A stretch of DNA of 59,965 bases, counting the filler, from Asterionella formosa (lineage: Eukaryota), in assembly GCA_002256025.1 (NCBI GenBank). It is 11 parts of 11 records of this genome, joined end to end, with 100 filler letters (N's around TTAATTAATTAA, not from the genome) between each part and the next. Parts side by side here need not be neighbours in the genome. Positions count along the whole stretch, not along the records: positions 10,946 to 16,316 come from NKIB01013100.1; positions 16,417 to 21,784 come from NKIB01013101.1; positions 21,885 to 27,247 come from NKIB01013102.1; 8 more parts are not named here. One strand, 5' to 3'. A program made the position numbers and the translations under genes. Positions 11,906 to 22,320 of the stretch are shown here, piece after piece (within the stretch, counting starts at the first letter, position 1; each line of letters starts with the position of its first letter). A model generated the notes under the pieces. That model saw only the letters and a program-made list of their open reading frames with translations, made no database searches and was not told the DNA's origin.

Positions 11906-12577
11906 ATTCCATGTGTAGTAGTAAGTTACCATGTTTGTTGGGTTGATACTGGGTTGGTTAAGATGTTTATATAACCTAGGCTGTCAATGCCAGCCAGGAA
12001 GCGCCACGCGGGCTACCCTAGCTACTAACACATGAGTAGTCTTAAGGCGCTTTATAAATGAGGTTAATAATAATAATATGAACTCCCTTGTCTTAGAAAG
12101 CACGTTACAAGTGAGTTTCAATTTTTCTGGTGCACAAGTGTTGGCCTTGGTGGCTACTAGTAGGGGGCCTTCCCATGGTCCAATTCTATGCATGAATCCG
12201 CAAAACAATGAGATAACTATATTCAAACCTTGTCCACATATGTACACCCATTCCTGCCTCTTGGTGAATCCTTCACTCATCGCAACCACTTCCTTGCAGG
12301 TTTTAGATGTGATACACGGCTTATTGTTAGCGTTTACTTCGGAGCAAGGTGCTCGTCTGCACTTATGTCCTCGTTTGCTTTAGCCTGACCTCTCACCAAC
12401 AAAGACTTCTTACCTTGTGTGTCAGCATGATCAAAGGAAGTAAATTTTTGACAGAATGGAGGAAAAGAAGACAAAAAGAACAGTGAACTATTATTTAAAC
12501 TTCCTAGCTATTAATAGAAAATAAATTATCATCCTACCAAACTATATTTAGTATAGCTAATATAAACTGTTTCTTAC

Positions 12578-14833
12578 TCACTCACCTGTGGGAAAGTATA
12601 CTTCGGCACCATGGGATCGTAGGAGTGTTGACATTTCACTATCTTCTCCTAGTCTACTATTGGCAAGTGCCAGTGGGGACCATCCGTCGGATGTGCGAGC
12701 ATTCACGTTGGCACCTTTACTGATCAAGAAAATTGTCGCTGCCATTTTATCCCATCTAGCAGCTTCGTGAATAGCGACCCAGCCATTTTCATCACCCATT
12801 TCTATCATATGAGGTGCCTTGTCTAAAAAATTTGAAAGGGCTTCCACATTGTTAAGATAGGCGGCCTTACGGACATCGAGATCTGTAAAATCAAGAGTAA
12901 TGGTATCATGAGGAGTAATAGTTTTGTCGTCTGGTGTCTCCTCAGGAGGACCCATTTCAGGATTGGTGCTGTCAACATCTGTAAGAGAAAGAGGAGTCTG
13001 AATAGTAATGGCTTCATCCTCTAGTGTTTCCTCTGTAACCAGAGGACGGTCCGGAACTTCAGGACCGGTGTTGTCAGCATCAGCATGATCAAAAGCTGTC
13101 TCAGTAGTACTGACTTTCTCATCTGGTGTCTCTTCAATCACCTCCACAACGTCAGGACCAGCGACTTTTCCCCCGCGGGCTTGTAATAGCTTAAAAACGG
13201 GGTGATCCTGACTCATGCCTCTCTGGACTGCCCACCAAAGGGGTGTGGCTCCATTGTACGTGACTTGATTAACGTCAAGGGCTGGAACATTGTCGAGAAG
13301 AAACATTGTCACCTCCATGCATCCATTCGACACGCATTCGTTAAACGAGGTCCAACCATTTTCATCCCTCTGTTCTGCCAACTCTGGTGCAATTTGAAAG
13401 AAATACCGAAACTGACCCAAGTTGCAGATTGCACTAGCAAAGGAAACCTCTATACGGGTAAATTTCAACTCCGGTTGTGTCATGGAGACACTGCCGTTCA
13501 TATGGATAGCTGTTTCTGTTACGTGCTCATCCTGAGCACCATCTGTCTCTTTCACTGTTTCGCCAGTTCCATTTGGAGCGGTACTAGGATCATTACCCAC
13601 AAATTCACCTAGTGTGCCATCATATAAACTAGTTGCCTCACACTCCTCGTCCCTACAAACGTTCTCATCGTTAGACGGAGAATAAACACGATATTGATCC
13701 GTTGTACTTTCCCTTTCAATGGCAACTTTTTCCAAATGATGACAATTGAATGCTTGTCCCATCATGGAGGAAAGTGTATGACAAGCGTGCTGCAAATTTA
13801 TTCCAAAAGACTTTGGAATCATGGAACAGTCCAAAATACATGGAATTTCCCATGACGACTGCGGTTCCTCTAGGGGGAGGGTTAATGGCGGATGACTCTT
13901 GTGACTGTTATTATTGCAAAACCCAAAACAAGGAATACTAGTATTGCTTCGTTTGGGAATCCACCTCATGACGAACATGACAGTAAAAAATGTCCCTAAC
14001 ACAAGTACCATCATGGTCCAAGTGGCAATGGTGGTACTCCATCGTTGTTTCAAATGTGTGTTGACATTATTGGCTGCTTGTCCTACTTGATGAACATTCT
14101 GTTCTGCCAATGCTCCCATTTCGTCCAATTGTTGGGTTTGTGACTTCAAGGATTGATTCATTCGTGTTGTGGATGCTTTCAATTGAGACGCCATGTGTGA
14201 AATTTCTTCTTCTAGTTGTGCTCGTTGAGCCGCTTGAATTTCTTGAATGGACGAGGATGGTTGGTGCTGTGGTTGTAGTTCCGTGGTAGTTGAATTCGCT
14301 GTAGTGGTAGCTGTTGTCACTTGACCAGTGATGGTGGGATTCGAGGATGTGACACCTGTTACTGATCCTTGCTTGCCTTGGTAGTCTTCCTGCTTGCCTT
14401 GGTAGTCTTCCTGCTGTTGTTCCTCGTGCTGCTGCTGCTGCTGTTGTTGTTGTTGCAATGATGCTTCATCCGGCAAAGTCACAAAAATGCGTTCCACCCA
14501 ATCAATTTCTAGTTCCTTTTTCTTTTTCGCGATTTCGGTAGCAATCCGATATGCCTGTTCTACTCTTTGAGACAGCTCAACCTGTTGTTTTTGTTGTTGC
14601 TGTTGTTGATCTAATGACAATGACAAATACAGCTTTTGTGCCAATTCCGCTCTCATCAGAATGGAATGCGAAGGAAAGCCACCACAATCAGGATCACGTT
14701 CCATGCAGTTTAATAATCGATACAGATCATTTAGTATGGAGCATGATGATGATGATAGCTGCTGCGGATGCTGCTGCTCCTTGGATGAGTTGTTGTTGGT
14801 GGTGGTGGAGGTGATTTCATCCATGATGGTCAT
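12578..14833 (-). CDS. Use1-like Qc-SNARE with a transmembrane helix and C-terminal ankyrin repeats
   Basis: 751-aa uninterrupted ORF. SNARE-like coil (QRAQLEEEISHMASQLKASTTRMNQSLK...), TM helix (TIATWTMMVLVLGTFFTVMFVMRW), then two ankyrin clusters (DENGWTSFNE...NGATPLWWA; DENGWVAIHEAA...DGWSPLALA). Confidence 0.75.
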   Translation of the reverse strand: MTIMDEITSTTTNNNSSKEQQHPQQLSSSSCSILNDLYRLLNCMERDPDCGGFPSHSILMRAELAQKLYLSLSLDQQQQQQKQQVELSQRVEQAYRIATEIAKKKKELEIDWVERIFVTLPDEASLQQQQQQQQQHEEQQQEDYQGKQEDYQGKQGSVTGVTSSNPTITGQVTTATTTANSTTTELQPQHQPSSSIQEIQAAQRAQLEEEISHMASQLKASTTRMNQSLKSQTQQLDEMGALAEQNVHQVGQAANNVNTHLKQRWSTTIATWTMMVLVLGTFFTVMFVMRWIPKRSNTSIPCFGFCNNNSHKSHPPLTLPLEEPQSSWEIPCILDCSMIPKSFGINLQHACHTLSSMMGQAFNCHHLEKVAIERESTTDQYRVYSPSNDENVCRDEECEATSLYDGTLGEFVGNDPSTAPNGTGETVKETDGAQDEHVTETAIHMNGSVSMTQPELKFTRIEVSFASAICNLGQFRYFFQIAPELAEQRDENGWTSFNECVSNGCMEVTMFLLDNVPALDVNQVTYNGATPLWWAVQRGMSQDHPVFKLLQARGGKVAGPDVVEVIEETPDEKVSTTETAFDHADADNTGPEVPDRPLVTEETLEDEAITIQTPLSLTDVDSTNPEMGPPEETPDDKTITPHDTITLDFTDLDVRKAAYLNNVEALSNFLDKAPHMIEMGDENGWVAIHEAARWDKMAATIFLISKGANVNARTSDGWSPLALANSRLGEDSEMSTLLRSHGAEVYFPTGE

Positions 14834-15538
14834 GGCTGCTGGTTATGATTGTTGTGGTGACGAGGGGACGATGCGATCTTCTCGGATCATAGGAGGATCG
14901 TTTTCTATACCTACCGGTGTATAGAGAGTATACATATGAACTACCGGTATTGCTACCGGTAGCAACAAATGACGATTCTGGCTGGTGGTAGATTCCTATT
15001 AATTTTAGTACCTGGTGTGGTACCATCCGTTCTGTCAGTACCTGGTACAAGGTACCTGCTACTAGTATCAGTTTGTACAGTTAGTACAGGGATTACTTAC
15101 TCTGAGGACAAATCAATGTCGTCCGCCTACATACGGTAGATACTGCTACATGCTATAGTATTTGTACCTGCGATATGAAATCTGCCTACCGGTACATAGT
15201 GAATTTTTTAGTATAAATAATCAAGGACCGATTATTGTGGAATTCCCATGATGGCTGAGATGGAATCAATTTTGGCTCGTGTGACACATGTAGATTCCAT
15301 ATTCCATCGTCATCATGCTACCAGAAGCTATCTTACAGCACCGGTAGACTACCGGTAATCTAGCTACAAGATCATACCTGATGCGTGGATAGCGCCCTTC
15401 TTGCTTTGCTTGCAACAAGAAAATCTTATTACTCTACCTTTTGCATGTCATTCTCTACGTTTATGCGGAAGTCCTCCTCCTCCTCCTCTACTATAACTAC
15501 TACAACAACTTATAGAACTTACCGATCATAGCTGTACA

Positions 15539-16316
15539 ATGAAAGGGTCAACGTTGAAATCTCCGATAACAGCTGATACGGTTGCTCTAGCTGGAGTTTC
15601 CTTTTCGGAATTACGATCATCATGCACAAAGGCGAGGAATGAAGAAGGGGCTGTGTTGTATTACTGTGAACGAGATCCTGCCAATGCTGGAAAGACGAAT
15701 ATGCAGGCCCTAATCATGAAGGAGAACAATCAGAACAAAACGACAGTATCATTGTCTTCTTCATCAGATTCAAATGTACGATCTGCAGTTCATGAATATG
15801 GAGGCGGAGCATATTGCTGTCTAGCCGATGGGAGTGTTTTATACACTGACTTTCCAAGTCATGACCTATATCAAACTGATGTGACGACGAAACATTTCAA
15901 AAAGATTCATGTCCAACGAACAAATTGCCGATTTGCGGACTTTGTTCCCATGACGAATACCAGTAACAATCCTACCATTGTCATTTGTATTATGGAAGAT
16001 CATACCGATCCAGCTCCTGCGAATGTGCAGAATTCGATTGTTGCTTTGAATTTAGAAACTGGTACTGTCACAACAGTAGCAAGTGGACATGATTTTTACG
16101 CTTGTCCCGAACTCACTACTACTACTAGGAGTACTACTTCCATTACGAAACTTGCGTATATTGCATGGGATCATCCAAATATGCCATGGGATACAACCTT
16201 TTTGTATATTCAATCCTTGGATATGGATGGACTCCCACAAGGTGCTCCAATGAAGGTTGATCAAGACTCTCCTTGTAGCAAGTGTGAACCACGATGGTGT
16301 CCATCGTCCTTCTCCA
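15539..16316 (+). CDS. S9 family peptidase (acylaminoacyl/dipeptidyl peptidase-like), N-terminal propeller region, 3'-truncated
   Basis: Motifs SPITADTV, VRSAVHEYGGGAY, RFADF, GHDFYACP and WDHPNMPWD. Confidence 0.85.
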
Positions 16317-16416
16317 NNNNNNNNNNNNNNNNNNNNNNNNNNNNNNNNNNNNNNNNNNNNTTAATTAATTAANNNNNNNNNNNNNNNNNNNNNNNNNNNN
16401 NNNNNNNNNNNNNNNN

Positions 16417-19400
16417 GTCCTGGTTATTCAACGCATTAGGGGTTTACATCGATGGCTTCGACAGCAACAAGAGGCAGGTAGGAACCTTGGCCTCGTGAAT
16501 CTCACCAAGTTTGATGATGACGCTCTCGCATCTTTACTCAATCAGGAGGAAAGAGAGGGCGCAACTAAAGGGAGATCTGTGGGGGGTGCCAAGGATGGGC
16601 TAACCCTGCCTACTTTTAATGGCAATCAGATTTCTTATAAGACCTTCAATATAAAGTGGAGAGCTTATCTCTCTAACTCTAGAAATGAAGAAGGATATCC
16701 CCTACTCTATGTTATTGTTAGAGCAAGGAAAGAAGAGTCGTCTATTAGACCTCAGATCAAGGGTACCACACTCTCGGGCAATAGATTTGACCGCGATAAC
16801 TTCAAGGTCAGTCAGATGTTAGAAATGGCCCTTGCTGATGGCGGCGCCTCAGTACACTCAAGGAAGTTCCCCGGGGATGGGCGGTCTGCATATTTGAGCA
16901 TGCATTCTCAATATCAGAGTACTTCCAAAAATGAAACCAGGGTTCAAGAAGTGAGGAACAAACTCAAAACGTTACAGTATAGGGCAACGAAAAACTTCCC
17001 CTGGGATAAGTTCAGCAACACCTTGTTGAGTTATCACCAAGAACTTGAAAGCATGAAGGCTGGAGTGGACAAGCATACCCAAGTTCGTGATCTTGTCAGC
17101 ATGATCCTCCATGAAAAGACCAAGGGCATAGCAGCTGAGATTGTTGCTACTGACAAAAAGGCGAAGAAAAGTCTTCGTCATGCCTTGGCCAAGATTGGAG
17201 AACGCATGGCGCTACTTGGCACATTAACTCAGACGGGTGATGATGGTCAAAATAGCACTCCAAATCGGCAAATCAAGAAACTAAAGTCAAAACTCAAAGC
17301 ATTAAAAAGAAAGGATCCCGAGAAAGGAAAAGTGATAGGCGATAAGAAACAACAGAGCGAGAACAATTATATTCCAGATAATGTAATTGAGGCAGTGAAG
17401 AAAGCTGGAGGGAAACTTGGGAGCAAATATGTGAGCTATCTGCTCAGGGGTCGAAATAAAGAGGAAGGTCATGTTGTTAAATCGGTATCGAGTGAAGGAC
17501 ATGACAATGAGCAAGCCGATTCTGAAGATGATGCAACTGAAGGTCCCAGCCACATGCCAAGTGACGCTGCTTCCACATCATTCAGCCGCGACTCTCGGAA
17601 TAGACATTCTGAGAACCCAACCAAAAAGCAAAAGGTCAGCTCAACAAGCAGCACCCGTAGGGAGCTCGCTGGTGTGGTGACTCACTGCAAAGTGGGCTAC
17701 AAGGTTGGAAAGGCACTAGTCATACAGCATCCTAACGACTTTAAGGTCACAGCTTGTCTGGAAGTGGATTCCAGAGCCGACACATGTTGATTTGGGAAAA
17801 CATTCCGCCTACTAGAGCAAAGCGATCGAGTGGCAGATGTTCAGGGCTTCTCTGGGGAGCTAGGATCCTTTTCAGATGTTCCAATTGGCACATGTGCAAC
17901 AGCAATTGACCTAACAGGGGTACAGGAAACCATCATTGGTGTCTGGAATGATGGCCTTTACTTTGGCAAGCGTTTAGACGATTCACTCCTCAACCCTAAT
18001 CTGTGTCGAGCATATGGTATTGTAGTCAACACCTGCCCCAAGCAATATTCCCAAGGAAAGTCTTTGCAAGGAATTTATGTTCCAGAACAAGACTTTTTCT
18101 TCCCATTCAAGATGCATGGATGCATCAGCTATCTCACCACTCGCCTCCCTACCAATGATGAATTAGTCAACTGTCGGCATGTCACATTTACTTCCGATGC
18201 AGCATGGGACCCTTATTCGCAGTCCTTTGCCAACCTCGAGAAGGTTTATGAAAATGTTGCTCGTGGAGATTCAACTGGGGAGTTCTTTAGCACACATGGC
18301 GACATTGTGCACTGTGTTGGAGCCACTTCCAGCACAGATCGCCGCTCAACTGTGGATGCAGCCACACTGGCCCGACGATGGGGGACAACTTTGGCAACTG
18401 CAGCGAGTACCCTGCAGGCATCCACAACAAGAGAAGTACGGTTCTACCCACAAATGGAAGAGCTCTCCCGCCGGTTTCGTACGCTTCAAGGACAGTTACG
18501 ATACCCCCACCTTCATACTAGGTGGTATACTGATACCATGTTTCCCAAGGACAAGGTGAAGTCGGTGAGGGGACACACATGTGCCCAACTTTTCTGTAAT
18601 GAAAAGTGTTGGGCCAAGGTGTATCCAATGCGCTCTGAGGCAGATTGTGGGGATAGATTCAATGCATCCATCCGGCAATATGGAATTCCAGAACTAGGTA
18701 TCCACTCAGACAATGCAGCTGCGGAAACGGGGGACTTCACAGAGTTCGAGAGAGTCCGGAAGATCCACTTAGTTCCTTGTACAACAACAGAGCCTCACAG
18801 CCCCTGGATGAACAGAGCTGAGAGCGAGATTGGACAATTCAAGACGCATTGGCGTCGTATCATGAATAGGTACAGATGTCCAGACATGCTATGGTGTTTT
18901 GCAGTGGAATATACCTCCAACATCCATGAGCTCATGTCTAGACCTGCACTTGAGGGTCGATCTCCATATGAAGTGATGACAGGTGAGACTCCTGATATTT
19001 CGGAGTATACAGATTTCGATTTCTATCAGTTTGTGATTTACTATGATCCCAATGATATGGACGAGAGTGGCCTGGCCCGACGGAAACTTGGGAGATGGCT
19101 TGGCCCCTCCAAGAGCGTTGGGCAACCTTTATGTTACTATGTACTTAAGGCGAATGGGCGGTACATCGCTTGGTCGACTGTGAGGCCGATTGTCGATGAT
19201 GATTATTTAAAGTATCCAATGCTGAGAGATGAAATGAAAGAATTTGAGACTAGGATAAAGGAGCATGTTGGGTCCATGATAATGATGCTATCCTCCAGTC
19301 TGAGGTAGATGAGCCTGAAGAAGAGATCTTCGAGGCTACCCCTGATGGCATTCTCCCTACAGATGAAGATCTGGAAGAAGATCCTAATGGTCCAAGTTTC

Positions 19401-21121
19401 GATCCACTGATTAAGGCTCAGGTCGTACTTCCACACAAGGAGGGCGATATGATTGCAGTGGTCATTAAACAAAAGCGGGATGCAAACGGGAACCTGGTTG
19501 GGCGAAAGCACAGGTTTTCAACGTTAGATTCCAGGGTTTATGAGGTCGAATTCTTAGATGGTGAGCGACAGCAAATCGCATACAATATATTGGCAGAGCA
19601 TCTCCTCAGTCAGGTAGACGAGGAGGGTAGATGGTACCAACTCTTCAAAGAAATTGTGGACCATCGCCGTGATTCAAGGAAGGCTGTGGAGAAGAGTGAT
19701 CAATACTTCCAGCGAAATGGGAAACATTATAAGAAGAAGACAACAACTGGTTGGGATCTAGAAGTCGAATGGAGGGACGGATCTACATCCTGGCTCCCAT
19801 TAAAGACTCTGAAGCAAACAAATCCAATTGAAGTTGCTGAATATGCCAAAGCGAACCAAATCGAGACCGAGCCTGCTTTTGATTGGTGGGTTCCAATGGT
19901 CTTAAGACGCAAGAAACGAATCATCAGGGCAACACAGAGTAGACACCACCGAGCTGGTTTTAAATTTGGGGTTCAAATGCCAAGTAGCATTCCCGATGCA
20001 GCAAGGTTGGACCATGAAAATGGTAATGCACTTTGGATGGATGCTCTCCGCAAGGAGATGTCTGCAGTGATGATAGCTTTTGAAGTTCAGCCAGAAAAGG
20101 CAACCCACGTTCCTGGGTACAAGAAGATTCCGGGACATATAGTCTGGGATGTCAAGATGGACTTCACGCGCAAGGCTAGGTATGTGGCAGGAGGTCATAG
20201 GACTGACCCCCCAAAGGCAATCACATATTCAAGTGTCGTTTCTAGGGAGACAATTCGCATTGCCTTGTTGGTTGCCGGTCTAAATGGATTAAATCTAAGG
20301 CTGACAGACATTGGGAATGCTTATTTGACAGCGCTTGTGACAGAGTGTTATCATGTTGTGGCAGGGGACGAATTTGGCCCGCTGAAAGGTCGTGTGCTGA
20401 AGATCATTCGTGCTCTTTATGGTCTGAAGTCTGCTGGAACCGCCTTTCGGGCACATCTGGCTTCTGTGTTACGTGATCACTTGCATTTCTATGCTTGTGA
20501 GGCTGATCCAGATCTGTGGTTAAGGAAAGCAACAAAACTGGATGGCTCAGCATACTATGAATATGCATTGGTCTACGTCGATGATGTTATGATCATTTCA
20601 GCGGCAGCTGATGAGTTAGTCAAAGAATTAGCTTGTTATTTTACACTTAAGGTTGTTGAAGATCCAGGGACCGCACCTTGCCGCTTTCTAGGCGCAATGG
20701 TTGGTCAGTATCAATTTGGTGATGGGTCATTGGCTTGGTCAATGTCAGCAGAGGATTATCTCACCAAGGCTATTCCGACTATTGAGGAAGCGTGGGATGA
20801 AAAGTTATGCCATAAGGCGTCCTCACCCCTACCAGCTGGATACCATCCTGAGATTGATGTCAGCCCCCTATTGAGTGAGGATGATGTATCCTTGTATGCT
20901 AGTTATATTGGAATCCTACAATGGGCGACTGAGTTAGCGCGAATTGATTTGATGCATTCGGTGGCGCTCATGTCGAGATTTAGGAATGCTCCGCGTGAGG
21001 GACACATGGAGGCAGTGCTCCGCATATTTGGTTATGTGAAAGGGCATTTGAGGTCACGGCTTGTATTTGATCCAGCATATAGGGATTGGACTACAGTCGA
21101 TTGGTATGACGGTGCTGATTG
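16417..21121 (+). mobile_element. Ty1/copia (CoDi-like) retrotransposon gag-pol, pseudogenised, lacking RNase H and LTRs
   Basis: Gag, protease (EVDSRADTC, followed by a stop at 17788-17790), integrase (YTDT, HSDNA, EPHSPWMNRAE), chromo-like segment (VEWRDGSTSWLPL), RT (KARYVAGG, DIGNAYL, ALYGLK, YVDD). Integrase precedes RT, which is the copia order. Frameshift near 19280. Confidence 0.95.
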
Positions 21122-21784
21122 AAATATTGTCTCGCTCGTTTTGCAAATTTTCTTATTCGCATCAATGTAATCACATCGACCAACAAACATTTTCTAACTG
21201 CTTCTATAAATTTGTCTTTCCTTTCCCTTTCTTTTCCTTCAGGGATAGATTTCAATAGTGATTCTTGGAGGCAGCATGCCCACATGTACTCAACTCCTTC
21301 GCCTGCAAGTTCTGCATGGCATTTTGGAGTTAGAATAACTTCCACTCCAACCTTTCTTCCAATGAATTCCATCATTCCTTGCTCATGAAGGAAGTTGTAG
21401 CACATGGTCATCATTTCTCTTAAGCTTGTAGAACTGTTTAAAATTCCGAAATTGTCGTTCTTTCCAGTTAGTTTGTATTTTTCAATGCTCGTCTCATCAA
21501 TGAATCCTCGCTCCCATAACACCTGTAGCAAACCCTTCGACTTACCCACCCAACCTTCTTTCCTTCTTTCAATTAGTTCTTTGGTTTCAATGGCATTCTT
21601 TGTACATAGTTCGACTAACTCTCTTTGCTTTTCCCTTTTTTGTTAACTCCTTTGCTTAGCAGGTCCATTGTCAATGACAGCCGATTTCGGTCAGCATTTT
21701 TTGTTCCAATCACAACATCATGGCGGCATAATTCAGCTTGAGTAGGGGTGAGAAAAGATGGACCCTGATCTGATTGTAGAAAAG
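21122..21784 (-). pseudogene. IS630-Tc1-mariner-type DDE transposase, C-terminal fragment
   Basis: GWVGKSKGLLQVLWERG and LTPKCHAELAGEGVEYMW, with frameshifts. Confidence 0.75.
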
Positions 21785-22320
21785 NNNNNNNNNNNNNNNN
21801 NNNNNNNNNNNNNNNNNNNNNNNNNNNNTTAATTAATTAANNNNNNNNNNNNNNNNNNNNNNNNNNNNNNNNNNNNNNNNNNNNAAAACAAAAACAAAAA
21901 TCCCGAATACATAAATAGCATTCTGCCGAGCCGCATTGTGGAATTTGAGTTGTCTTTGATATCAATCCATCGTCTCAACGCTATGCCCGATAGGACTTTC
22001 GGTTTTTTGCAATCCTTTTCTTGTGGGCACTTGGATCGGTGACAGATGCGTTTAAACAGAACCTGGCTGCAAAGGTCTAGACAGAATACATGTCCAAACT
22101 GTTATCAAGTCGAATGAATGAGAAACCTTTCCACTTTGCTTTCCGCGCAGCCTGAGGGGTAGCAGTTTTCGTTCTCCCACATCAACCCGAGCGACCTCGA
22201 TACCACTCAACCTAAAGTATACGTCTGCTGCACTACAAGTCAGTGACGTTCCCAAGGCAAGAATACTGCTGGCTGCTCTTGTGCCGCCAAAATTATTTTT
22301 TCACTACGGCCTTTGACCAT

